The translations under genes were made by a program, and so were the position numbers. This document shows positions 9,201 through 18,271 of a stretch of DNA of 64,000 bases, piece after piece. Source of the stretch: an uncultured Candidatus Saccharibacteria bacterium (GTDB taxonomy: Bacteria; Patescibacteriota; Saccharimonadia; Saccharimonadales; JAGQNJ01); NCBI GenBank assembly GCA_964504275.1, contig CAZDDV010000001.1, positions 20,982-84,981 of the forward strand, in the 5' to 3' direction. The number at the start of each line of letters is the position of its first letter. The stretch's first letter is position 1. The notes beneath the pieces were generated by a model. It had not been told where the DNA came from and did not search any database. It saw only the letters and a list, made by a program, of their open reading frames with translations.

Positions 9201-9405
9201 CGGCCTCAGCGGAGCAGCCGCTGGTGTATTAGCCGCCGCCAAACGAAGCGCTTTAACAACCCAGCTTGGCGCCGACGGCAAAACATATACAGTTCGAAAG
9301 ATCTACGACAATAAAGGCAATCTGGTGCCCCAAAACGTGCGTGGTGCTGCCATGCCGCCGAGAGGGCCACTCTCTCCAGGTGGTCCAGGAGTAACATCAT
9401 TTTAG
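6262..9405 (+). CDS. Large VirB6-like polytopic T4SS membrane protein
   Basis: N-terminal signal/TM, ~300-aa soluble domain, GITWVICP, hydrophobic core (aa ~370-600: MRNVANILL, KKVLPRI, SPVAFVLYCLPNTEKYFQKWW), long C-terminal tail; first gene of the VirB4 operon. Confidence 0.75.
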   Translation: MQNIFKDFKVWSTRFALFTATFVFFSTLILGTMTAQKINAQTKVLLSPSEHAIKYQVMQFLKVCGDNKGWHSSQGAGTRSEGLSAEELNQGRFFDDEIKDSTIFGNEISVGALTDDDDGNFNCLVKQGTPAVVVNQQYDVQKAVQYQQEDLIKFLVESNVYRVGENGRYYLHDEEDSDRSNKVIEYFKNNNQGYSFDGDLPDSAKYFNWKASYLKFCAEGGKPIDSGSIELPNVGEDGKRQNDKFQIKSDAAGNKSVGRGMGQGDRDEFSCNEIADGMRATADAAVKGVEDYVKAGGKVKPNPNAPGTADDDSPTCESSGGITWVICPFINGLAELADGAFEKLIIPLLKTSPVDTTNTSSPIFQVWLGMRNVANILLVIAMIVIVFGQAIGGGLVDAYTAKKVLPRILAAAIMINLSIYMVAFAVDVTNVIGQGLSRLIYAPFDQVGAFKFNLSSSTAGLGFVGMIAASAAIWKIGALIPYLLLFVLLPLVLAAVGVIFTLVLRMGLIQFLIISSPVAFVLYCLPNTEKYFQKWWSLFIKTLMVYPIIVLIFTLADVIAVTTDIAAQESDQEVTAAFGQLISVVLLVLPLFMVPYAFKLAGGAVGAVHGALSTGGKKSVEAIKGNPNDPNSLRNRTKRNVGSSMVKNRAQLVRSNLDYKGTGLNARLRRKFGEKVNYGNIMDKEAEINEDAAKRMGRTIGAGDDRYIRARTSLPLFQKAGGGETTNTAEAVMDTSGTALRLLNKDTGQAMRTSLNGQKRFTDVDYKKSTQLFQTMGEMQEAVNHEAKKTLTDGDTDRLVGGYGDWAKQEGLTKEQASGLFTGVAFARQGERLELKHSTVDEEIDPDDPKKRRLFVKSATDNMSGTSIDSTGTVNKIGGRDAFVQELYDKKGSWAVSQMHDSTINQVGEAKEKYAAEIKDLSSRESLGTLSEQELGRLKLSREKLDHIQEMEESWVADPTRTATGIPMGAVDDKGTPGYSGLSGAAAGVLAAAKRSALTTQLGADGKTYTVRKIYDNKGNLVPQNVRGAAMPPRGPLSPGGPGVTSF

Positions 9406-9411
9406 GTAATT

Positions 9412-10488
9412 ATGGCGCAGTATAAAGTTTTACAGGATATAGAGGCAGAGGATAAGCTCCTTGGTCCATTAAGTTTGCGGCAATTTATCTACGCGATTAT
9501 TGTGATTGTGCTGGGGTTTATCGCTTTCAAGCTCGTGACCGTTGCTTGGTATTTGGTAATTCCTTTTTTACCGCCGATGGTGTTTTTTGGTTTATTGGCG
9601 GCGCCGATTGGCCAAAACCAGTCGTCTGAAGTTTGGCTGCTGGCCAAAATTCGCTTTTTTGTTTTTCCGCGACTGCGCATCTGGAACCAATCTGGAATAG
9701 AAGAACTAGTACACATTACCGTGCCTAAAAAAATCGAAAGATACTTGTCAAAGGGTTTTAGTAAAGACGAGGTTCGCAGCCGTCTGAACGCCCTTGCCAA
9801 CACACTGGATACGCGTGGATGGGCGATAAAAAACATTACGCCAGATGTTTTTAAACGCGCAACAGCGTTTAACTCTGCACAATCTGCTGATCGATTAATT
9901 GACATCAATAGTATTCCACAAAATGCACAGCCAAACGAAATGCCTGGCGACGATGTATTTGACGCACAAAGCAGCCCGCTGGCACGAATAACCAACCAGA
10001 ATATTCAGGCGTCGGCTGAGCAGCACCGTCAGCAATTGCTTGACAACATGCAAAACCAAATTGCCCAAACGCGAACAAGCGCGCCGCTAGCGCCAACAGC
10101 TCCGCAAACTACTCCCACGGCAAGCACACCAAATCTACCAAGCCTACCCAATCCAGTTGTTGTGTCGCCACACCCCGAAACACCAACGTCAACACCAATA
10201 CAACCGCAACCAATCTTGAGCAGTACCGGCCAACCCGTCCACGAAATGCCACAACCTACGCAACAACCCATACCGCTACCTCAACCGGCGCCAATGCCAG
10301 AGCCGATGCCGATTACTCCATATCAGCCGGCGCCTGCCAATATGCTGCAAAAGCCACAAGCGCCGATGACAAGCACAGCGCAAACTGTTAAACTAAATGA
10401 TGTTACGAATACTGATCGCAGTTCGATGAATGTGCCGCATGCAGACAACGATGATTCGCCAGACGAAGTCGTTATCTCGCTTCACTAA
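9412..10488 (+). CDS. PrgI family (VirB3-like) protein with a Pro/Gln-rich tail
   Basis: YKVLQDIEAEDKLLGPLSLRQFIY followed by two TM helices. Confidence 0.85.
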   Translation: MAQYKVLQDIEAEDKLLGPLSLRQFIYAIIVIVLGFIAFKLVTVAWYLVIPFLPPMVFFGLLAAPIGQNQSSEVWLLAKIRFFVFPRLRIWNQSGIEELVHITVPKKIERYLSKGFSKDEVRSRLNALANTLDTRGWAIKNITPDVFKRATAFNSAQSADRLIDINSIPQNAQPNEMPGDDVFDAQSSPLARITNQNIQASAEQHRQQLLDNMQNQIAQTRTSAPLAPTAPQTTPTASTPNLPSLPNPVVVSPHPETPTSTPIQPQPILSSTGQPVHEMPQPTQQPIPLPQPAPMPEPMPITPYQPAPANMLQKPQAPMTSTAQTVKLNDVTNTDRSSMNVPHADNDDSPDEVVISLH

Positions 10489-10502
10489 GCATCTCTCGGA
10501 GC

Positions 10503-11399
10503 GTGTTCGGTGGGCAAAATTATATGAATCCACAGCAAAATTTACCAAACCAGACTGTTCCACAATCTGCTCCGCCAAGTGCGGCCTTCGCGCCAAACCC
10601 GGTAGTTGTGTCTGGCCAGCCACAAAACGGCAACCAAACAAATTTACAACCGCCACAACCACAAGTAAAAGTTAACCCAACCAGTACGCAAAATGTGTTG
10701 CAAGTTGCCGAGATCCGAGACGGCATTGTGATCATGAATGACGGCTCATTCCGATCTGTTATTATGGCGAAATCGATTAACTTCGACCTGATGAGCCAGA
10801 TCGAACGCGAAGGTGTCGAGGGCGGCTACCAAGCGATGTTAAACTCACTGTATTTTCCAATCCAGATTTTTATGCGCAGCCAAAAAGTTGATTTGCGACC
10901 GTACATCGAAAAGCTCGACAAAATCCGCACCGAACACGACAACATGCTGTTAGCATTATTAATGGAAGATTACATAAATTATATTTCTGAGCTATCGACG
11001 CAAACCAACATCATGGACAAAAAATTCTATCTGGTGATCCCGTATTTTCCAAAGGCCGACGTGCAAAAAGCGATTACCCAAAGTAAAAACTTTTTTTCTG
11101 GACTAGGAAATATTTTTAACTCCAAGCCAACACATGTGACTATCAACGAAAAGGATTTAGAGGATGCAAAAATTGAACTCCGAAACCGCGTGCAATCAAT
11201 TTTGGGCGGACTAATGCGATGTGGTGTCAAAGCCCTGCCGCTGGATACGCAAGAATTAATCGAGCTATTTTATGACAGCTACAACCCCGATACCGCCACA
11301 CGCCAACAGCTCAAAAACTTTGATGATTTATCTGTGCCAATCGTAACCAAAGGCAAAGGCGCTGCGCCACAACCAAACCTCAACAAGGATCTCCAATGA
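10503..11399 (+). CDS. VirB4-associated T4SS protein (resembles VirB4/TraE N-terminal region)
   Basis: IRDGIVIMNDGSFRSVIMAKSINFDLMS..E, LNSLYFPIQI, ELIELFYDSYNP; ATGA overlap with VirB4; alternative start ATG 10524. Confidence 0.7.
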   Translation: MFGGQNYMNPQQNLPNQTVPQSAPPSAAFAPNPVVVSGQPQNGNQTNLQPPQPQVKVNPTSTQNVLQVAEIRDGIVIMNDGSFRSVIMAKSINFDLMSQIEREGVEGGYQAMLNSLYFPIQIFMRSQKVDLRPYIEKLDKIRTEHDNMLLALLMEDYINYISELSTQTNIMDKKFYLVIPYFPKADVQKAITQSKNFFSGLGNIFNSKPTHVTINEKDLEDAKIELRNRVQSILGGLMRCGVKALPLDTQELIELFYDSYNPDTATRQQLKNFDDLSVPIVTKGKGAAPQPNLNKDLQ

Positions 11400-13321
11400 T
11401 GTTTGGTAAAAAAATCCCTACTAATGACCCGGTGGCGCTAGCACAAGCCCAGCGCGCCCGCGAACAGCAAGAAGTAAGCGTTGCGTTCCAAAAAGGCGTG
11501 GTGGCGCTGCGAGATTTTATTGCACCAAGTTCGATCGAACTTAAAAACGCTTACTTTCACATCGGCACACGACTAGCCCGAACCTTTTACGTCTACGCCT
11601 ATCCGCGCCAGGTGTACACCGGCTGGCTCAGCGGCATGATTAATATCGACGAGATTATTGATTTATCAATGTATATCTACCCCGTAGAAAGCCAAGTCGT
11701 GCTCGAAAACTTGCGCAAAAAAGTTTCTCAGCTAGAAGCAGGGCTGCAAATTGACGCCGAAAAGGGCCGCGTGCGCGACCCGGGCAAACAAGCCGCAATT
11801 CAGGACGCCGAAGAAATGCGCGACAAATTGCAAGTTGGCGAAGAACGCTTCTTCCGCCTGGGCTTTTACTTTACGCTGTATGCCGACAGCTTGGATGAAC
11901 TCGACTTTGTCACGCACAAGATTGAATCGATGCTCGGCCAACAACTGGTGTACTCCAAGGTCGCAACAAGCCAGCAAGAACAAGGGCTCAACAGTACGAT
12001 TCCGCAGTTTACTGACCAGCTGCAAATTCGCCGCAACATGAGTACCGGAGCAATTAGCACGACATTCCCGTTCACTAGTGCCGACCTCAGCCAAGATTCT
12101 GGCATTTTGTACGGTATTAATATGCACAACTCTGGTCTTGTTATTTTTGATCGCTTTACGCTCGAGAACAGCAACTCGGTGGTGTTTGCAAAATCTGGTG
12201 CGGGTAAATCGTTTGCGGTCAAACTCGAAGCGCTGCGCAGCATGATGTTCGGCACCGAGGTTGTTATTATCGACCCAGAAAACGAATACCAGCGCATGTG
12301 CGAAGCAGTTGGTGGTGCGTATGTTCGGCTCAGTCTGTCGTCGGCGACTCGAATCAATCCTTTTGATTTGCCAAAAGTCATCGATACCGACGAATCCGAC
12401 AACGCCCTGCACAGCAACTCGATCACACTTCTGGGCCTACTGCGCCTAATGATGGGTGGCGCGCAAACCCAAATGTTGGCTTCGGCCTCTAGTGGCGGTG
12501 GTGGCTTTGCGCCGTCGTTATCTCCGGTTGAGGAAGCCGATCTTGATGCGGCAATTATCGAAACGTACGCCAAAGCTGGCATAACCAAAGATCCGCTGAC
12601 GCACAACTCGCCGCCGCCAACAATTACTGATTTATACGATACACTGCTACACATGGGCGGAACTGGGCCACAACTTGCCCAGCGACTGCGCAAATACACC
12701 ACTGGTACGTTTGCGGGAATCTTTAGCCAGCAGTCCAACATCGACATCAATAACCAAATGGTGGTGTTTAACATTCGCGATTTAGAGGACGAACTTCGCC
12801 CGGTTGCTATGTACATTGTGCTCAATTACATCTGGAACAAAACCAAATCCGACCAACGAAAACGCTTGTTGATCGTCGACGAAGCCTGGCAATTAATGAA
12901 GTATGAAGATTCGGCCAACTTTATGTTTAGTCTTGCCAAACGTGCCCGAAAATACAACCTGGGTATTACGACGATTTCGCAGGATGTCGAAGATTTCATG
13001 GCTAGCAGAATGGGCCGCGCCATCGTCGCTAATGCTTCGATGCAATTATTGCTCAAGCAGGCGCCTTCGGCAATTGATGTGTTGTCAGATATCTTTAAAC
13101 TCACCCAGGAAGAAAAAAGTCGCCTAACGCAGTTCCCGATTGGTCAAGGATTATTCTTTGCTGGCCAAAACCATGTGCATATTCAGATTATCGCCAGCCC
13201 AACCGAAACCGGCCTAATTACCACCAATCCTGCGCAGGTCCAACAAATGAACGAACAAGGACAACTTGAGGGCGAGCAGGGCACCATCGACCTTAAAAAC
13301 CGCCTCCAACCGGGCGTATAA
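11396..13321 (+). CDS. virB4: VirB4-like T4SS ATPase
   Basis: Walker A AKSGAGKS, IIDPENEY, INPFD, Walker B LLIVDEAW, AKRARKYN, ISQDVEDF. Confidence 0.92.
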   Translation: MMFGKKIPTNDPVALAQAQRAREQQEVSVAFQKGVVALRDFIAPSSIELKNAYFHIGTRLARTFYVYAYPRQVYTGWLSGMINIDEIIDLSMYIYPVESQVVLENLRKKVSQLEAGLQIDAEKGRVRDPGKQAAIQDAEEMRDKLQVGEERFFRLGFYFTLYADSLDELDFVTHKIESMLGQQLVYSKVATSQQEQGLNSTIPQFTDQLQIRRNMSTGAISTTFPFTSADLSQDSGILYGINMHNSGLVIFDRFTLENSNSVVFAKSGAGKSFAVKLEALRSMMFGTEVVIIDPENEYQRMCEAVGGAYVRLSLSSATRINPFDLPKVIDTDESDNALHSNSITLLGLLRLMMGGAQTQMLASASSGGGGFAPSLSPVEEADLDAAIIETYAKAGITKDPLTHNSPPPTITDLYDTLLHMGGTGPQLAQRLRKYTTGTFAGIFSQQSNIDINNQMVVFNIRDLEDELRPVAMYIVLNYIWNKTKSDQRKRLLIVDEAWQLMKYEDSANFMFSLAKRARKYNLGITTISQDVEDFMASRMGRAIVANASMQLLLKQAPSAIDVLSDIFKLTQEEKSRLTQFPIGQGLFFAGQNHVHIQIIASPTETGLITTNPAQVQQMNEQGQLEGEQGTIDLKNRLQPGV

Positions 13322-13332
13322 ATATTTAGATT

Positions 13333-16300
13333 ATGGGATTACCAGCAAGAAACCTCAACGAAGATGATGACCGAAAACTAAGCGCCGCCGAGCGAGCAGA
13401 GCGACAATGGGGGATGGATCCATCGTCTGAGCCAAAAAACCCAAACGATGACGATACAAAAAAATCGGCACGAGAACGTGCTGATGAAAGTTGGGGGATG
13501 AATTCTGGTGGCGAATCTGACACCAAAGATGGCGGACTGTACAACCCATCCGGCGATTCCGACGAACGCGCCGCTCTTGATGGATCTAAGCCAGATAGCG
13601 CGATGGGCGTGAAAGAGCTTTATGCTGGCGGTGACAAAGGCGGTGCGAAGCGGATTATCATAGAGGACTTCTTTCGCAAAAAAGGTATTCCAATAATTGG
13701 TGGTGGCGCTGGAGCCATAATGATCATTATGTTTTTATTCGTGTCGTTTTTTTCTATAAATAAAACTGCCCATATAATTGAAGATATCGAAAACAAAGTG
13801 GGTAATGTGCCCGAGTATGCCGTGGAGCGTCGCTTGGAATACTACATGAGCCGTTATTTGATTCTGCGACAACTTGCAAAAGCCGGCGTTCCGGAGGCTA
13901 CGATCCAAAAAGAATATGTGTACCTCAGTAAAAAGGGTAGTACTTTTGATACACTCTACACTAACTGGAAGGGAGCGAAGCTAGAGGGCCTCTTAGAAAG
14001 TGAGTATGGTGTGCGCTTGCAGCCACGTAATCTAGAGGTAAATACCAAGGTGTGGAATCGCGAATATGCGCAACCGAATCGTTGGGAGATTGAAATCGTA
14101 GATGCTGGCAAGGCAAGAGCAAAAGGCATTAACCCGGGTTCGTTAAATTCTATAGAATCGCGAAAATTTATAAATATTCTTGCCAACAAAGAAACCCGTT
14201 CGTTTCAGGTACTCAAGCGTTACAACGTGCGTAAAAACTTAAAAAAATACAATGGCATCGATGGCTGGAAACAATTTGCATACGACAAAAGCGAAAAATA
14301 CAAAAACGCCACAGATCGTTACCGAGAAGGTAAAAAAAACTTTAAGAAAAAAACCATAGAGAACACGATCAAAAGAGTCAACGTGAATTGGGGCAATTAT
14401 ATGATTTGTCTTATCGATGGCGACCCAAAAAAAGCCTGCAAGGATATTCGCAAGGGCAAGACCCCTTCCACAGAAGTAGGCAGCATGATTGATGAAAGCG
14501 AACTAACTGGAGTGGTCGACGAGGCGCTAGACAAAAAGATAGTACGCGAAGGAGCCGAAGAAGCAGGCGAACGCGCAGGGAAAGAGATCACTCAAAAAGT
14601 AACGGCGTCGACGGTCAAAAAATTCTCTGCTCGCGCAATACCTGTGGTTGGCTGGGTGATCGGCGCTAGCCATCTTATTAACTCTGCTGATAATGGAATA
14701 CTAAGCCAGGTCATATACCAAAGAAACGCTACTCAGTATGGGGCGTTCGGCGCAGGGTTCATGAGCGGGTCTGACCAAATAAAGTCTGGTATCGACATAG
14801 ACGGTGACGATGCGCGAGTTCTCAATGAAACGTTTACCAATTACGAGCAGGAAAGCCAAGTTTACCGCGCTTCTCGGCCAGGCTATAAAATTGAACCGGG
14901 TAAAAAAATAAAACAAGACTGCAATAACGACGGCGACACAACTGATGCAGATGATTTTGTGACATCCGATGACCCTGTGTGCGCGTCTAAGAAAATACTC
15001 CAACCCAAAGAAACTTTCACAGAAGACCCTGCCTGGGAGGTTGTTGCCGGACTATCCCAAAAACTAACTGGAGAAGACAGCTGGATAAAATCAGTGATCG
15101 ACGTTTTTGAAGGTGGGTTAGCAACAGTTATGGAAAAAACAGGCATCTCGGCTGGTATTGCATATATCATAGAAGAAACTGGTGCAGATAAAGCGCTTGC
15201 TGAGAAATTTCAAGAGCTGCTCGCTAAAATAGCGGCCCCTGTTATTACTGGTGCAGAGTCAGGAGGCTCAGCATACGATGCGTTATTCGCTAGCATCTCG
15301 GTCCAAAAATCTTCTCTTGGTGGCGGTGTTGGCGAAAATCGTGAAGATACAATTGGAGGTGCGGTTTTAAGCATGGAGGAGGTCGCCCAGATAAAAGAGG
15401 ATCAGTACGATAAACGACAGTTAGAGTTGAGGGGCACTGAGAAGTTTGCCAGATACTTCTCGCCCGATATCCCCGAAAGTCTAACGTCACAAGCGGTGAT
15501 GGCGCTACCGTCATCCTCGACGCAAACTGTGAGCAAGTTTAGTAGTTTGCTCAATCCAGGAAATTTTATTAAAGGGTTGGCATCAGCTTTCACGAGCAGT
15601 GCAGAAGCCCAAAACTCACAAGACTATAACTTCTTTAATGCGATTTACTACGGATACCCGTCGGACAGCGACGTATTCAATGCAAATGATGGCAGCGGGA
15701 TGGAGCACGATGAGTTGTATAAAAAATACAAATGCGATGAGCCTATTGAGAAGCGTCAGGAAAATTCAATGGGCAATGTTGAAGGAATTCCGTTCAAAGT
15801 GGCAGTCAAAGTAGACCCATGCTTGCTCGAAAAGGCGGTCGAAGACGCCGGCAGTCGATACTTTACCGGTGCGTATGACGAAGGTATCGACGAAGGGTCG
15901 AAAAGAACCTCTGGCGGCCAAACTGGCCTACTTAACCCGGGTGGCTTGGCGTGGCCAACCAAGGCCGAAGGTTCTCATATATCTAGCTGTTTTAACGAAC
16001 CGCGCTCTGGCGGGCCCCACAAAGGAATGGATATTGCCATTGCAGCCGACACTCCAGCGTTTGCAGTCGCTGACGGCGAAGTCATCATAGCTGGCGGCAA
16101 GGCAGACGGCTACGGACCAAACTATGTCGCCATAAAACACACCAAAGCCGACGGCACCACCTTTGTTTCTGGTTATGGACACATGAATTCAAAAACAGTT
16201 GAGGTTGGCGACAAAGTTACACAAGCTCAGCAAGTGGGCACTATTGGTAGTCTGGGTTATTCTACAGGACCCCACATGCACGTCATCATAAATGTCGGTG

Positions 16301-16395
16301 GGAAAGATAATTTTAATGGCGATGTTGACCCGCTTACTAATGGGATGGAAGTTCCCCCGGGAGCACTGAACGCAAAAGGGTGCCCGAAGTACTAA
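13333..16395 (+). CDS. Large membrane-anchored protein with a C-terminal M23 metallopeptidase
   Basis: TM near aa 120-142; M23 motifs HKGMD, AVADGEV, YGHM, STGPHMH. Confidence 0.85.
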   Translation: MGLPARNLNEDDDRKLSAAERAERQWGMDPSSEPKNPNDDDTKKSARERADESWGMNSGGESDTKDGGLYNPSGDSDERAALDGSKPDSAMGVKELYAGGDKGGAKRIIIEDFFRKKGIPIIGGGAGAIMIIMFLFVSFFSINKTAHIIEDIENKVGNVPEYAVERRLEYYMSRYLILRQLAKAGVPEATIQKEYVYLSKKGSTFDTLYTNWKGAKLEGLLESEYGVRLQPRNLEVNTKVWNREYAQPNRWEIEIVDAGKARAKGINPGSLNSIESRKFINILANKETRSFQVLKRYNVRKNLKKYNGIDGWKQFAYDKSEKYKNATDRYREGKKNFKKKTIENTIKRVNVNWGNYMICLIDGDPKKACKDIRKGKTPSTEVGSMIDESELTGVVDEALDKKIVREGAEEAGERAGKEITQKVTASTVKKFSARAIPVVGWVIGASHLINSADNGILSQVIYQRNATQYGAFGAGFMSGSDQIKSGIDIDGDDARVLNETFTNYEQESQVYRASRPGYKIEPGKKIKQDCNNDGDTTDADDFVTSDDPVCASKKILQPKETFTEDPAWEVVAGLSQKLTGEDSWIKSVIDVFEGGLATVMEKTGISAGIAYIIEETGADKALAEKFQELLAKIAAPVITGAESGGSAYDALFASISVQKSSLGGGVGENREDTIGGAVLSMEEVAQIKEDQYDKRQLELRGTEKFARYFSPDIPESLTSQAVMALPSSSTQTVSKFSSLLNPGNFIKGLASAFTSSAEAQNSQDYNFFNAIYYGYPSDSDVFNANDGSGMEHDELYKKYKCDEPIEKRQENSMGNVEGIPFKVAVKVDPCLLEKAVEDAGSRYFTGAYDEGIDEGSKRTSGGQTGLLNPGGLAWPTKAEGSHISSCFNEPRSGGPHKGMDIAIAADTPAFAVADGEVIIAGGKADGYGPNYVAIKHTKADGTTFVSGYGHMNSKTVEVGDKVTQAQQVGTIGSLGYSTGPHMHVIINVGGKDNFNGDVDPLTNGMEVPPGALNAKGCPKY

Positions 16396-16396
16396 T

Positions 16397-18268
16397 ATGA
16401 GGATACCTTTTACGAATCTGATGATTTGGCTACGACTACTAAAGAGACTGTCCTTGTTGATACTGGCTGTTCTGTTTTTATCGAGTCTTGCTCTGACCAC
16501 CAAAGTTTCGGCACAAACACCTCAGCCGACAGAGTTAACCCGCGATCAAGCCATGAACTATCCGATGCTTGGTTTTGGTGGCTGTAGTGGCACCCCGGGA
16601 AGCTCAGCGCCCTCAGCAAAAATAAATGGCAAAAATATCTACATACTTGGTGACTCAATCACCGCCGGCGCTAAAGATGCATACAAAGATGCGTTCAAGG
16701 ACAAGGACCTAACCATCAGTGCTAGAGTGGGACGTTCGTGGGGAACGGCAGGGCAAGACTCGCCAGCAAACATTGGCAGCCAAGGCACTGGTAAAGAGGC
16801 CTTCGCGGCCGACACTGAAAAAATTAAATCCGCGGACGCAATTATTATTGCGCTCGGCACCAACCAAATGGGTGGAGATGAAGCCAGCCAAAACCCGATC
16901 GGGAGCATCATTACCGCTTTCCGTGGCGTCAATGAAAAAGCCCCAATCTGGTGGGTAAATATCGCTAACAGCGGGGTCGCGGGAGTACCTAGTTTCAACG
17001 AAACACTCAAACAACAGGCAGGCGATAAGTATACCGTGATCGACTGGGCAAAAACCGTTGACCCAACTGGGGATGGCACAAATAACCCCGGCAAACTCCT
17101 GTCGACCGACGGGACACACCCAAGCTCCGAGGGTACCAAAAAATTGGTTGATTTGGTCGTTAGTGCTGTCACAAGCGGCGCTGGCGTACAAAATAATGGA
17201 GTTGCGGCTGGTGACTGTAAATGTAGTAGCGGTGGCACTACAGGCGGAGGAGACGCGATCACCAAATTCTTGCAAGCGCTGGCATTCCAAGAAAGTGGCG
17301 GACAGTTGAACTTAGTGAGTTCTGGTTCAGCGCGTGGAAAATTCCAGTATATTGACTCGACGTGGAAAGGCGTCGCCCAAAAGTACTATCCACACGCGTT
17401 GAAATACGCAAACGCAAACGGGGCGCCAGAATCAGTCCAAGACGCACTCGTCTATATCGAGTACACCGATAAATTTAACACTTTTAACGGCGATCTGTTC
17501 AAGCTGGCTGTCAGCCATTTCTATCCTTTGGCAAACCAGGAGGCTAAGTGGCTCGACATAATTCCGCCATCAAATGTCGTAACTCCAAGACAATACGCAG
17601 AGAAATTAGTTGCGGGATATAACAGTGGTGCCGGAAAAGAAATAAAATTCTACTATAACGATGCGCCGGAGTTTAAAGAATCTCTTGCTGCTGTTGGTGG
17701 CCAAACTACCGCTAGCGTAAAAAGCGGTGAGGGCAGTTGCAGCGCGCCTGGCCAAATCGGACCAGGTGAAGCCGCTGGTAAGATCGTGGAAACCGCTCTT
17801 AACCTGGCATGGGACACCAAAAAAGACGGATTAATTGAAGAGAAAGACGCAAAACCAACCTACCAAGCGGCCATGCCAAAATTTAATGGAAGCACCAACA
17901 CAACCGGCGATCCAAAACTAACGCCATGGTCCGATTGTGGTGTATTTGTCGCAACGGTCATGCATATGAGCGGCGTTGATACAGCATATCCAAAACGTAA
18001 CACTCTTACTCAAGAACCATATACGACAAACTCCGAAAGATACGAGCGCATCACGAACGTGACCGACTCTTCACAACTAAAGCCCGGGGACATCATTATA
18101 AACAAACACCACACAATGATTTTCGTCGGCCCACAAACAGGCCCAGCGGGTGAATACAACACCGTTGACGCATCATTTGGTGATCGCGTACCCGGAGCAA
18201 AAGTCTTTGCTCCTCATCCAGACACCCAAGACCCTGATTCGTATGATGCGTATAGGATAAAAGGATAA
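16397..18268 (+). CDS. Secreted three-domain cell-wall enzyme: SGNH esterase + lysozyme/transglycosylase-like + NlpC/P60
   Basis: LGDSIT / ALGTN / DGTHP; LAFQESGG...ARGKFQYIDSTW; SDCGVFV...KPGDII..HHTMIFVG. Confidence 0.82.
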   Translation: MRIPFTNLMIWLRLLKRLSLLILAVLFLSSLALTTKVSAQTPQPTELTRDQAMNYPMLGFGGCSGTPGSSAPSAKINGKNIYILGDSITAGAKDAYKDAFKDKDLTISARVGRSWGTAGQDSPANIGSQGTGKEAFAADTEKIKSADAIIIALGTNQMGGDEASQNPIGSIITAFRGVNEKAPIWWVNIANSGVAGVPSFNETLKQQAGDKYTVIDWAKTVDPTGDGTNNPGKLLSTDGTHPSSEGTKKLVDLVVSAVTSGAGVQNNGVAAGDCKCSSGGTTGGGDAITKFLQALAFQESGGQLNLVSSGSARGKFQYIDSTWKGVAQKYYPHALKYANANGAPESVQDALVYIEYTDKFNTFNGDLFKLAVSHFYPLANQEAKWLDIIPPSNVVTPRQYAEKLVAGYNSGAGKEIKFYYNDAPEFKESLAAVGGQTTASVKSGEGSCSAPGQIGPGEAAGKIVETALNLAWDTKKDGLIEEKDAKPTYQAAMPKFNGSTNTTGDPKLTPWSDCGVFVATVMHMSGVDTAYPKRNTLTQEPYTTNSERYERITNVTDSSQLKPGDIIINKHHTMIFVGPQTGPAGEYNTVDASFGDRVPGAKVFAPHPDTQDPDSYDAYRIKG

Positions 18269-18271
18269 CCC

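Noticed and set aside
11732-12825. Long antisense ORFs (226 and 319 aa) within virB4
   Set aside because: No recognisable motifs; explained as shadows of the codon bias of the sense gene.
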